Positions 40,169 to 53,088 of a stretch of DNA of 64,000 nucleotides are shown here, in pieces (position 1 is the stretch's first letter; each line of letters opens with the position of its first letter). This stretch comes from Psilocybe cubensis (taxonomy: Eukaryota), in NCBI GenBank assembly GCA_017499595.2, contig CM039001.1, forward strand, positions 3,224,001-3,288,000. The letters run 5' to 3'. Made by a program: the position numbers and the translations under genes. The notes under the pieces are model-generated. The model made no database searches. It was given only the letters and a program-made list of their open reading frames with translations, and was not told the origin of the DNA.

Positions 40169-41686
40169 ATCACCTTTTGCCAACGTTTCTTTGCCGTGCA
40201 TTTCTTGACCGTGCATGACCTTCACATCTCTGAAAATTCAAGTGGTATTGTGAGTACTAGTCAATCGTCGTACGACTTTTGGGGTTCTCTAGGCGTTCAA
40301 ATTCTCGTGCCATCTCTACTACTATCTTTTGAAAGAAACTGAAAGCAATGCCACAAATCGACCGCTAATGGAGATATATGCGCTTTTTCATTCCACATAC
40401 AACACCTTACGGGGATGTTTATATAGAGATGTAATCGGATCTATGGAATAGGTGCTTGCCATTCACCTGTGATCATCGCAATCGTCTGCACTCTTTTAGC
40501 ACTCAGCTCAGGGCCTCAGGTTGGCGGGGTAGTGGTGGTCATTCACAACTTCGCACTGCTTCAGGTGGAGTATCTTGATTTTTGTCATTGTTTTGTCTAT
40601 TCTTGGATAGATACCTAGTGGAACAAGTCAGAAAGCAGAAAAGCTGGTGTGCAATCAGATGAGGTATGTTTTCTTCATGTGTAGTCTGTTGATGTACTGA
40701 AATGTTTTTTTCACCAGATCAGACGGGATGGAATTTACACCTCATCAAACTTGTGTTATGAGATGCGAGTATGCGATCATGTGAGAAAGGAATGGATTGG
40801 AACTCTAACAATCCAAGTTACGTCGAGTTTTATTTTGAGTTCCTTTCCTAGATATTGATCTTTTCTAGAAAAATGTAGGTTCCAGACGACTTGATAAGAT
40901 GTATTTTATTGAGAGAAAAACTAACTGCGGACGAGGCTGTGGTAAACTTTTCTATCACAGACTACGCCGAATAAACTATTTCACCAGCACTATACTCCGA
41001 TATCGGAGGTGAAGACGTCAATTATATGGGATCTGGGCGTGTAAGTGGACAGTTACTTTAATTTACTTACTTACTTACTTACTCAAGCCACTTTTTTTCA
41101 AGCTTGATCGTTGGTACAGTACAGTAAAAAGGCGAGTTGAGAAACTGTACTGGTTATTATTGTCTTCAACGACGTATGGTTGCTCTTTAATTGTGGCAGT
41201 AAAGGTAAGCATCGGGGTTTCAATGATATTTTGGGGGATCCATATACATACCTTTAACAGGATAAACTCCATGGGCAGATCGAAGAGATGGGACCTCAAT
41301 CCCATCGTCCCAAGTTGAATGAATTCCAGTCGCATCTCGATATGCTAATGCCTGCTCGAAGTAATCCCTCGAAGTCCCCGTTCACTCACTACAAATACAA
41401 ATGCTCTGCAGCCAGTTCACGGAACATTTCAATTTTCCAAGTACTACTTACTCTTAAAAGTCAAAAGTCAAAGTTCAAACCACGAGATCCGAGATTATGA
41501 TCATGATCATACTACAGGTTTAGATGTGGACAGCCTCATTCGCAGGATTTTCCGATTTCATCTGATCATCCGCAGAAATTTACTTATATAAACGCAGCAG
41601 CAATCCTCCGGAGTCCGGACGAGTTCATATTAACAAAGACTTGTCCCCTTTGACTTCGAACTTGGCATTGGAATTGGAATACCGAA

Positions 41687-44637
41687 ATGTCTGATACATT
41701 CCATCTCCCTCCTCCTCCTCCTCCACCTCCACCTTACATCAATAATACCAGTACACCCACTGCAAATGTAAATGCAAACGTAACCAACCACAACACCTCT
41801 CCCAATCCCAATTCCAATGTAACAAACTACAACTACGTCATCGGCAACACACCCCTAACCGACCCTCTAGTCAAACTATCCCACGTCAAAGGACATCTTG
41901 TGCTCTTACGCTCTTTTTCTGAGTTGAAAGCGAAAGTTGAAGGGTTTGATTTTGGGCGTTTGTGGGTTCCACGACACCAAGATGAAGATAAAGAGAGGAA
42001 GTGGAAGTGGACGTTTTTTGTTGGGTTGGCTGTGGAACGGTACGTCTTTGTCTGTGTCTGCAGTACAAGTACAAGTGTTGGGAATTGCATTTTTTGATTT
42101 TGATTTTGATTTTGATTTGGGGTAGGTTCGATGTTTGGTGTAGGAGTATCACTGAAGAGGATTGTATGAGATCGTTGTACTCCATTATTCCTCCTGTGGA
42201 TGTTGTAATGGTGCGTCCATCTCCACCTCCATGTGCATAATATCACAGAAATCACAGTACGTGATTGCTTACTTTCATCAATCTAATGGATATCTTCAAT
42301 GTTCAGGTCTGGCATACCTACATGCTTAACCCTCTGTACGTTACATTCATAGACCATGTATCTAAAATAACAGCCCTGATTGATCATCCTCACAAACTCT
42401 GTATATATCTATTTGAATTTAGGTGGTACAAAGACGATTGCGCTCGAATCGACGTTTGTAGAAAGATGAAGAGCTTGGAAAGGCATTTTGAGCAGCTTTT
42501 GCTCGACCCGTCGATAATGACTTCAAATCCGCCTGCTAAACCCCGAGTGGACCATTGGGAGTTTAATACGAGGCTAGGCTTTGACTTGTTCGATGATGCG
42601 CGGAATATGGTTATGGTTAAGAAGGCTATATCGTGTCCTATGTGTGATGCGGTGATTCAAGTTGGTAAGTCATTTTTTGCGTGATAGGATTTAACCGCTG
42701 CTTTCAGTACTTACTAGGCAAAAAATTAGATTATGTGAATGATGAGGGGACGGGGTATCTCCAGTGGAATTTCAAGACGGCGTGTTTTAATCAGGGGTGT
42801 ACGTTTGGAGAGATTGATAAGGAGAAGTTGGCGCTTGGAAAGCTTTCGAGGGACTTAGCACGGCCGTCGGATAGTGATAACCCTGCGAACCATCTTCCGT
42901 GAGCTCAGCTTTTCTATATTCTCATTATCTTTATCGTTAAAGTTACGCATGTTTATATCAACACCTTCTAGCGGCATAATGCAGTCTTCGTCCTTTGGCG
43001 AATCGCAGGTGAAGGAGAGTCGAAGGATAAAGGATTTAGTTTGTCAAGCTGCCATGAAGACGGCGAAGGCGAATGACAACTTACTTCAAGGCGATGGGAA
43101 GGAGATCACTTATCGTCAGATGTATCTGGCAATTATGGAGGTGTGCAAGTATTCTATGGATATGCTTAGAAGGAGAATGGGGTTTTCGTACCAGCCTACG
43201 TTGTACGTCCACGAGTTCACAAGTTCACGAGTTTTACCAGCTTCTGCATCCATTTTCGTCGCATTACTAATGTGATTTTTCTCTTCAGGGTAGGGAGAAT
43301 TGTGAGCGCTTATAATGATGATAAAGTCTATTCAATCGATCTAGTAGGAGCGGTGAGTGGCTTTTTTATTGGATTGATTACTTGAATCGAATGAGCAGCA
43401 CTCATACTCTCAATCCACAGGTCCTCCGTCAGGGATCGTTTGTGAACAAGATGCGCGAGCTCGGATGGACGTCTAGCCGATTTTTCGACGGGTCAAGTAA
43501 TGAGTTGGCACTGCAGCACGCTTTATCTCGGTATCACGCGTTAGTAGTTGTTTTTTTACTCTACTAAGTGTTGTACCAGCCGTGCTGACAGATACCTAGA
43601 TTTTTGGATCTGATGGTGTCGTCTACTTCGTCCACCCTCTCGGGATCATCCTCCAAGTTTCTCGTTCCGACACTTGACATTGATTTGATTTGGCATACTC
43701 ACCAGCTGATACCCGCGAAATATGAGAGCGATTGTACGATGCTCTTGAAGAGGTTTCTTGACCAGTAAGCTTGCTTGCCTTACTTATCGATTATCATTCA
43801 CTTCACCAGTGACGCATATTTTCTGAAAGTGACGACAAGGTCGAGGGACTGAGGTTATCTTCTGCGTTTGATATCACTGCGCGCGCGTGGAAGGATCGGT
43901 TTGGGGTTCAGTATACGTATTGCGGGTGTCCTACGGTGGGAGATACCATCGGCGAGCGGTTGTTGCATGCCATTGAGCACAAGTCCAAGGCCAAGGCGAA
44001 ATCTACTACTCTTCTTATCCCGCCCACTGATCAGCCAGATGCGCTATCGGCTACTCATCCGAGTGATCATAATTCTGTCCGGTTTATTGCGCATGATGAA
44101 CGGGCGAGAAATGAGAAAGCGAAGAGGTATGATAGTCTTATTGAGAAGAAGGAGAAAGAGCGTCAGGCGGCTGTGAAAAAGGCTGCTGCTAAAGCTGCAT
44201 CGGTCAATGGGTCTGCTACTGAAGTCACGGTTAGTATTTTTTTAATCATCTTTTGAACAAGATTAATGACTTAATACATTGGCATAATTCGGTATTTGAA
44301 GCGCGACCGTGACAAGTCAGTCAACTGTGGCTTCAACACTGCATTTTTGTTTCCGTTGCCGTTAGAGTTTGCGAAGGGCGTGTCGAGTCCAACTGCCATT
44401 GCCAGTGACGGGTGCATCGATTTGGATGGGTCCGTCGTTGTCTCCGTTGCAGGGGTACGTTTTATGTTCTACTATCTCCTTAATACTCTTGTTTGAAGCG
44501 ATCACCTCATACGCTTTTATGCTCAGTGTGGCAGTGGGTGCGGAGGGAGCGGGTGTGGGGGAGGTATTGGAGGGGATGGGAATGGTGGACCAGGCCGATC
44601 TGCCTATACGTACCAACTTTATCCGAAGATTATGTAG
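41687..44637 (+). CDS. Glycine-rich-domain-containing-like protein (GRDP/DUF1399 family), copy 2
   Basis: FVGLAVER|FDVWC...PPVDVVM|VWHTYMLNP, CPMC, GTGYLQ, SIDLVGA|VLRQGSFVNKM, VPTLDIDLIWHTHQL, DHDDKVE, ATHPSDHN and a C-terminal CGSGCGGSGCGGG tail. TATATAAA at about 41585. Confidence 0.88.
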
Positions 44638-44716
44638 TCCGTGGTCGAAGTTTTGTACGACAGGATAATGCCTCGCAATTGATTTACTCTCATTGCTACT
44701 ACTAGCACAAGTAATC

Positions 44717-46363
44717 TCAGTGTAAGAGAACTATCGCACCGGCTCCAAACAAGATGGACCACATTGCGATCAGCGAGTATTGTGGGACGTTAAGTTTCCC
44801 GGCACTACTTTTGCTTGATTGCGGAGCGGTGGAAGATGAAGACGAAGTGCTAGAATGGGAAGTCGCATTCGTCTCGCTCGCAGAACTCGCCGTTTTCGAC
44901 ACCGTTACCCTCCCGCTCAGACTGTCTGATGGCGTAGGTGTAGCACCAGCACCAGCACTGGTAGCGGCACCAACCGCGAGATTGACGCCGTTTGAAATAG
45001 ACGCGGTCGTGACGCAATTGGACGATCTGGGCGTCGTATAGGCGCCGGTGGGTGTTGCGAGGTCGCCGATGGTGTATGCACCGCCGTTGGGGAGTGTGCC
45101 GGTGTATCGCTGGGCAAAGGTAGAGAAGACGGGGGTTCCGTTGACGGTTGCGGTTGGATACCAGCCTGGAGGGTCTGTTGTGGCCCGGAACAGGAATCAG
45201 TTGGACACAGACTTGGAATTTTTTTGTCGGAGAAGGAGACGCGGCTTACATGCTACATCGGCATCACAGGATTCACTGGGTGAGAAATTAGAAAAGACAA
45301 TTCATGGGTTGAGCTGAAGGGGGTAACGTACAATGTGCCATTGATGTTATAGTTTCCTGGCATAACGAATCCACAACCAACTTCGTCTAGCTCGTGCCAG
45401 CACATATGGGCTGCATCGTAAGTCGAGTTTGCGTTTGTGCATACGCGAAGGCAAAATTGGCCGTTACCCTAATTCAAACTGTTTGACAATAGTGCGATAT
45501 CATCGAAGCAAAGAACATGGCTCACAATATACAGCTGGCTCAAGTGAATTAGAAATACAGTTCGCCACTCGATATAAATTTATACTTACCATCCATTCAG
45601 CAAAGTTCTCATCATCGCCTGTTACGTTGGATGTAACATTTCCACCGATTGGGTTCCCAGTACCATAAGCACCATGCGGATCAAGTTCTCTGTTTCGAAA
45701 CGAATAATTAACTATCCATAGGAGACATCCGAGATTTTAACACTAACCCTCCAAAGTCGTTTGCTGGAATATTCAACTTGGTTAAATCGCCATAGCCGAT
45801 GACTTGGACATAGAAGTCTAATCAATTGCAACGATGTTTCAATTAGTGTGGCTGCTGCATAAAAGTCAAACGGAAAAAGCATACCTGTCTTGAGGAAGGA
45901 GACTCCTGTAATAGTTCCATCGGGAATTAGGCGCGCGTTATTCCGTGGCTTTGTGCACCAAGCCACTTCGATGGTCTATTCATGGAATCAAGCTTCATTG
46001 TTAGAAATTTTATCAGGCGTGACCTAATTTAATAAGATGTATACCTCAGAATTAGCAATTGGTTGAAGGGTAGGAGGTGCAAAAAGACAAAAGTCCTAAA
46101 CCATCCAACATCAGCCAGTTAGATACTTGTATCAACCCCGAACGTTGTACCGAAGTAAGTAGTTGAGAAGAATACAACATACATCAATGGAATTGACGGA
46201 CAGGGAGCCGAGCCATACTGTTCTGATTGATAGCTGTACCTAGCGTAGGCTTCGGTGGATTCGTTACTCCCATCGTTCCCGTCCCAAGTACACCAGGAGG
46301 GAAGTCTTTGGCAGCGGTAAATCCCAAGATTGGGAACACAGTAGCTAAGAGTACTGTAAACAT
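44717..46363 (-). CDS. Secreted GPI-type mannoprotein (MP88 / 'macrophage activating glycoprotein'-like), with an apparent frameshift in exon 1
   Basis: Signal peptide MFTVLLATVFPILGFTAA. Exons DFCLFAPP, EVAWCTKPRNNARLIPDGTITG, GGELDPHGA..GNPIGGNVTSN, CWHELDEVGCGFVMPGNY, then an S/T-rich stalk and hydrophobic C-terminus. One extra base at 46203-46205. Confidence 0.8.
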
Positions 46364-47080
46364 TGCAGAGAGTCAAATGTTGATTTTCTGTTGTGTTGTT
46401 TAAACTCGTGTTCAAAACGATAAGAAGTAAATGAGTGGCAGAATGTCGGTACTACCCCGTAATAAAAGCTGTAAGATCTAAGGGCGAGGACAAAGAGGGG
46501 GAAATTTAAGGATGGCCATTGAATTTGAATGCAACGACTTTATACAGGGTTAGCCGGTGGATAACAAGTGTATTGCGGTGTAACACGGGGCTATAGATAC
46601 GAAAAACAAGTCTATTTTTAGATGGTGTAATGACAAAAATAGATGTCAGTATGAGTTGCCCCTTCCATGTTTATGCAAACTTTCGTAAGACGTATATTAC
46701 AAACTAGAAAATTAAGATATGCATTGGAAAGCGAACTCATAAAGTAGTAACTAGTTGAGGTTATCAAGTCGATATAATTTTTTCAGGGGTATGTTGGTAG
46801 TAAACAAGTTTATTGGCTAGCGGCGTGATTTGGCCGCTTTCTACAAAACCTCGATATACATTTCGTTTATTCAGGAGAAGATTCTAACCATGAGAGATCC
46901 GCATTGGACTGAAAGGAGTCAGGGTATCGCGCGACAACGCAGTTCTCGCTTCGAAGCAGATATATAAAAAACCAAAAACGCGTCTTAACCTTCCCTAGGT
47001 CAAACATATCATTAAAAATTATACTCAAAACATAACACAGAATTTCCTACTTACGAAAGATCTAGAAAAATACAAAACAT

Positions 47081-47686
47081 CTAGAGAAGCGAGAAAGCAG
47101 ATGCACCAATGCCGTAGACCATGTAAAGCCCAACAGCAAGCACTGAAATTAGATTGAAATCCGGACTCAGTTGGGCAGCGCTGCTAGGCTGGGAACTGGA
47201 TGGCGCGTCACCCCCGATGCTTGAAGAAGCAAGATTTGCACCGATAGCAATTCCACTGCTCGTTGTAAAGACAGCGTCTGATGTGGTTCGTGTTGTGGTC
47301 TTTGTAGAATTGGCAATCGAGACAGCGGAGTGGTTGCTAGTGGTGGGAAGCGGTGAAGGTGAAATAGTCTTGCTGGTTGTAATTATGCGGTCGGTGGTGG
47401 ACCACTGGCTTGTGGTGATGACACGATCGGAGGTAGGTAGTTGACTGGTCGTGATAATAGTGTCGCTGATACTCCTTTGGCTGGTTGTAATAACGCGGTC
47501 GCTGGTACTCCATTGACTCGTTGTGATAACTTTGTCACTGGTACTCCATTGACTTGTTGTGATAACGCGGTCTGTAGTGCTCCATCCACTTGTCGTGTAG
47601 ACATTATCTGTGGTACTCCATATGCTGCTGGTGTTAGCTGACACCAGAGAGCCCAGGACGGCAACGAAGACGGATTCGAGAAGCAT
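47081..47686 (-). CDS. Small secreted Ser/Thr-rich repeat protein, probable GPI anchor
   Basis: Signal peptide, seven 12-aa repeats, SSAA omega-like site and hydrophobic tail. TATAAA about 95 bp upstream. Confidence 0.85.
   Translation of the reverse strand: MLLESVFVAVLGSLVSANTSSIWSTTDNVYTTSGWSTTDRVITTSQWSTSDKVITTSQWSTSDRVITTSQRSISDTIITTSQLPTSDRVITTSQWSTTDRIITTSKTISPSPLPTTSNHSAVSIANSTKTTTRTTSDAVFTTSSGIAIGANLASSSIGGDAPSSSQPSSAAQLSPDFNLISVLAVGLYMVYGIGASAFSLL
47369..47620 (-). repeat. 7 x 36-bp coding tandem repeat (WSTTDRVITTSQ)
   Basis: Repeat units are visible in both DNA and protein. Confidence 0.9.
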
Positions 47687-49185
47687 AGCAAGTTAATGAG
47701 TTCCAAGGCGTCAAGAGATACTGGGTGGATCGATAGAGAATAAGAACCTTTATCCTGCCAGTGATCCGGGAGGCTTTATAGGTAGCTCAATGGGCGCGTA
47801 GGTCCTCCTTGGCACACACTTGTGGACTACACGGGTAAGGACTGCGAGGGGCAGCAAGCGAAGATACCTCAACCCAAATCATCTTGGCGTAGAGTTGGCA
47901 ATGAAAGATATTGTCTAAAACGGGTGTGGATCATATATGTGCTATGCATCCATAGAGAATGCGTTAATTCAGGTCAATTGACGACAGGACTGCTTGTGCA
48001 TATGTAAAGTAATATTTAGATATAAGGTAACTCAAACAGTCAAGGATTAAGTATATATATAATGTTATGGGGATGCTACTGTGTTGCAATAGCAGTTCAC
48101 AAAACCTTCAATTTCCGACCAAACGTCAGCCCAAGCACTTAACGGTCAATTTTGTCCATGTTTCTCACATGTATGACCGGAGAACTTGACCGAGCGTTGA
48201 AATCAATGAATTGCCTATTTATCGGTATCCCTCCACTACTTGAAGAGTACCTGTACAAGATGTGTGATGGCCAGCGAAACCAAGGCAACACCGAAACACT
48301 CTGACGCAAATCAACCAACATAACGCGGATCCCTACCAGTCCCTTCCGGGAACAAATGCCCTATCCGAGATTACGCTATGCATTGTACCTATGTATATGA
48401 TGTGCTCAAGCGGCAAAATGACATGTATGATAATTCAGCAGACATCCCGAGAGCGAAGGTAGTAACCACAAGATGCATTAGAATTAGTCAAACTAATGTA
48501 AGTCAACTGGAAAAACCATACCATAGAAAGAAAATAGTATAACAGATATTTCCGCTAGTTATCAACTATTGATCTGTACAAACTCACGGGTATAACGGTA
48601 TGAGTCAATGAGATCGGGTATAATAATGTTGTCAAAAGCAACAACAAAATGTAGTGGGAGTAGGAGTCGCCGCGCACGCTCGAAACCATCACCTTGCGAA
48701 GTTGCCGAAATTCGATGCCAAAAGAATCAATGAAACATGGATATAGAGCGCGTAGCTGGAATCTGAATGCAAGTAAGCCGTCCTCGAATCCGGCGCACTC
48801 TGTGGGTATACCAAGAAAATTAGTGAAGGTTAGGGTGTTCACTCCGTTGGTCACCACATTGGTGTCCATGTACCAAGCGTAGGCGGAGTCCAATGGCAAG
48901 GCGTCCGTGACATTGTCCATGCCGTCCACGACGCATGTACAGCAGCCCAATATGCGTGCCATGCGTTCCAAATATTTCGCGATGCCTGGCAAACTACAGG
49001 GTGGCCATGCTGATCAAAGAATGGAGGAGAGGTTTCTTCATGTTCTCGCGAGTTCGAGAGGGATTGCTCGAAAGAGACAAACTCGTCATCTGGGAGAGCA
49101 TAGGAGAGAATGGGAAAGGGCAATGAACAACCTTCTGAATTTATAGCTTTAGAGTAAAGGCATCAGCATATGAATGGTACACCGG

Positions 49186-50327
49186 TTATAGAATATAAGC
49201 AATACCGTTATGGTCACCCCAGTGCGAAGGGTGGGCAGGGTCAGTTGAATAGTAAACTTTCGTCTCGGGCTGGCAATCAGATTCCTCGACGATGGTCAAA
49301 GTGATTGATGCAGCCAAATTGTCAAGCCGATTAAGAGACACTTCAAGATCTTTTATTCTTTTTTCAAGCCTATTGAGGTTTGCTTCGGAGTCGCTGTGAC
49401 ATTTCGATCGGATGAAAGGCCTCTCAATGGGCTGGGGCCCTATACTACTCTTTTTGCGAGCAACGCGCGCAGAAGACTTTGATTTTGACTTTGGAACCAG
49501 AGGAGTGGAGGATGACATAACAATGACCGTATTTTTATGCTCGTGGTGGATATAGTCTCTTGCAACAGAGACAAAGCTTCCGCCGCTTATGTCCAGATTA
49601 CTAGAGGATTCGAACATTTTGATTGAACCGGGTTGTTGCCGCTGCGTTGGCGTATCTTTCTCTTGCCTAACTGCAATTGAGTCTTGATTCACAGCACAGT
49701 TTTCGTCAGGGTAAGTAAAATGCACAAAATTGCTGTTGTCATTGACACAAGCTGTTCCGCCGGCATTATTGTGTTTGGTTGTATGAAGACCTTTTGGAGA
49801 TGTGTGAGCACCGTCACATGTAATCCTGCTAGATAAAGTATTGTGCATGTAAAGTAAGCTTTCGTTGGCCCACTCATGTCAACAGTAGTTCCAGATCATG
49901 AAGTTCACCATTCTTTGCTCCAAACGACAAAGTTGTTGCTGAAAAATTGGCGTAAGCGAGCAGACAAGCCTAAAAAGAGTATATGAGTCAGATAATACAT
50001 AGGGTGGTGATGGAAATGAAAAAAAAAAGAAAGAGGCGCACTCTAGTATGAGTAAGAAACACGTCCCCAAGTGGGCGCTTGGGAGATTAATACATAAAAC
50101 AGAAGCGCACCACAAACATTACATAGAGGTCTCCCCGTCCCTAGTTTATTTCTCCACAAGGGTGACTCCGTTGTTTTGCAGTGCGCACAGCAGCACTTAT
50201 CGTCTTGAGGAGCTATCCTAGCTTCCATCAGATCGCACCCGGCCCTAGAAGAGTTTGCTGCAACCCCATCAAAAGTCGCTGAAGATCCTCTAGGCTTGTG
50301 AACAGCTATGCCAGTATTGTTAGACAT
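49186..50327 (-). CDS. GATA-type zinc-finger protein (C-X2-C-X18-C-X2-C), probable 3-exon gene
   Basis: CAHCKTTESPLWRNKLGTGRPLCNVC|GLSARLR. GT-AG introns 50110-49970 and 49908-49826 join the finger in frame to ORF 49186-49848. Confidence 0.65.
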
Positions 50328-51198
50328 GTGTTGGAGAAGACCAAAAACGTCTACAGAGAGCCAAGCTAGAGAAGTAGAGATGACGCGTGTTTCCGTTCAC
50401 GTCTAGAAAAATCGAATTACAGACAAAGACGGAGAAAGGGACACCGTCACCAGCGAGACGCTGAACTTTGGGGAATAGAGAGCAGGGTCAGAAACGACCA
50501 CGCCAGTCCGTTTGGATGACTTTTATATACAAGTACGCCTATCCCAGAAATGCAACGCCTTCCAGAAATAATAGGATAGTAGGCAGTGCTGCCTGCTTCC
50601 ATAAATAAAAGCCACGGATGCAGGCACTCGACTCGTAGGGACATATGCTATGCATCAACCATAAGCCCATACTGCAAAAAATGATGTTGAGTGTCACCCA
50701 AAGACATCGCCAAACTTCTGAAGCCAAACAATGGTAAGCTCGGAGAAAGCTGTCAATGGCGAGGCACGTCATGTTGAATCATGACAGGCCATATAGTTAC
50801 GTCGATTGCTTACTGTAGTGACGGTCTCCGTACCATACCTTGAAGTTGTGAGAAGGGGACAAGAGAAGTGGACTCACCCTCGTGGTACAGAAAAAACAGA
50901 CGTGAGGCTGACTAAGCGCGAAGTGCAAAGCCAATAACGTGCTTTAACTCTCAACTCAGTGGATCAGATATAGAAAGTGCGATTATAGGTAGGTATAGCG
51001 ACAAGAAAGCACTGAGAGTTCTACGTTACATAACAGATATCTAAATTAACATCCCAAACAAATACCTTCCAGCCAAGGGTATAACAAAATACTCGAGCAC
51101 CTGCAAGAGAGCAACATGGTGCATCCAGACGAGCATACCGTGAAACATCAAGCTGGTATGTTGATTGAGGATGGTACTTTTGGCTTTGACCTCACTAA

Positions 51199-53088
51199 TC
51201 ACTGAGGAGGAGGCACGAACTTGTCCACAGAAGGTGGCAAGACAAAGTTCTTTTCCGAAACAGGGGTACCTGTTGCGCTCCCGTTACCATTCTCAGCGGG
51301 CTTTTTCGCGCTCCTAGGAGGAGGGAGAACGCCCTTCTTCTTCTGGAGCTTCCTGAAGTACGCCGTGCCACCAGCGTAGAAGAATATCAAACTTCCAAAG
51401 ATGATGATGTGCCCGTACCAACCCAGAGCCTTCCATGTTGTGATCGAATCGCGGCCTGATAGGATTATGAAGGCCGATGCAGAGTAGTTGAGTATCATAG
51501 CGGAGAGTGCGATAGAGCCGATATCATAGATGCGCTTGATCAGCGTGGGCGGGGGAGGAGGAGTATTGGGGGCGGTGGGTGGAACGAGGAGAGGGCGGAA
51601 GTTAGCGCGTGCCTGTCGGGCAGCGGCTGTGATGAAGCCTCCCATTATGAAAGTGAGATAGTATCCACTTGCAATGCCGTGCTGGAGGAAACGTTAAGGC
51701 TCGTTTTTGTACAAAGATGCGTTTTACTTACCCAGAAAGCACTGGTGAAGAATGTGATCATCTGGCTGAGATTGCCTGGCTTTTTACCCTTGGGGGTGAC
51801 ACGCTTGTATACGCACTCCCTTAGCCACACGTTTGTCTTCATGTTCCATGCGTCCAAGAGCACCTTGAAGTTGCTCGGGAACTCAATAGTCCACACTTTG
51901 ACATTTGCTGCCCTGTCCCAGTTGGGTTTGCCATGGAGACCAAAGTCAGTGAATCCTAGCCCAGTGAGCACACTGGCACCTTCTGTTAGGGTCCAGATAG
52001 CATAATATTTGGCACGCTCAATGGGGCCACCCAATTGGAAGACGAGGATACTGCAAGGCGTCAGTTTGGTATAGAGTAACTGGGGTAAAACAAAACCCAC
52101 CGCTTCCACAAAGGCATATCAGTGAATCCTGGTTTCAAGGCAACAGAGAAATTGTAGGTTGGTCCAAGAAGGACGAATGCACCAAGGTAGACAAGGCCCA
52201 TGAACATTTTGGTGTAAGCAGCGCGTTTACGGCCGGGAGGAAGCCTGTGGCCGTCCTTGAGAGCTGCTTTGACGTGGGCGTGCTGGAACATGGTCTCGTT
52301 GATGAGTTCCATGTACTCAGGATAATCGAGGTAGGGCCCGACAAGGATTCCTGGGAAGTAGAATCTTCTCGTTGTTAGATTTTAGTATCACTGAGCTAAA
52401 TTCCTCAAACTCACGAGTATCCAAGGAATTCAAGAAGAGAAGGGTATTGGGTAATGCGCTTCGAAAGCTGCCATTTGTCCAACTCCTCTTCCTTGCGGCG
52501 TCCGTCGTATACGTTCCAGGCAAAGGTGGTCAACTTCATGGTGAGAACCATCTGGGGACCGGTAACCTCCATGGTCTCGTAGCTGAATCCGTAGATGGCA
52601 CGGATTACATGGCTATATCACAAATTCAGCTCGCCATATCAACTATACAGGGGGTTCATGTAGCTTACTTGACTGTTAGGTGTCCCATAACGATCCTGCC
52701 CTGCTGTTAGTTGCAAATACATGCCAGCACATAACTTGACGTACGTAAACACAACCCATGGCATTCTCGAGCTCTTATCATACTTGGTCACAAAGTACGT
52801 CGCCAAAATACTGCCCAACAGTTGAAAGAATGCAGAGTATATCTGCAGCACCGGGAAGAAGAACAGGAGGGCGACGACGATGCTGTACAAGTGTCTGAGG
52901 GCCGGTTGGGAGCTCGGAATCCGGACAAAAATGCTCGCGAGAGGGTAGGCAATAAGCAGACATGAAATAAGCTGGAGGTTGGGATGTGGAGTATTAGATT
53001 TGTCTACGAAATATGTTCCAAGGCTCACCTTTATTTGGTCCACACTGGCACCGACGGCGTTAGCCAGCGGCATGAATAACGCGTCCAT
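51199..53088 (-). CDS. ALE1: MBOAT lysophospholipid acyltransferase (Ale1/Slc4)
   Basis: QMVLTMKLTTFAWNVYDG, FPGILVGP, KYYAIWTLTEG, AWNMKTNVWLRECVYKR and SAFW|HG..GYYLTF (MBOAT catalytic His). Confidence 0.93.

Noticed and set aside
40440-40800. Exon/intron-like segments between the GRDP genes
   Set aside because: Splice-like signals are present but no coherent reading frame could be built.
48555-49123. Two overlapping minus-strand ORFs that might be a frameshifted gene
   Set aside because: No recognisable domain or consistent splice model.
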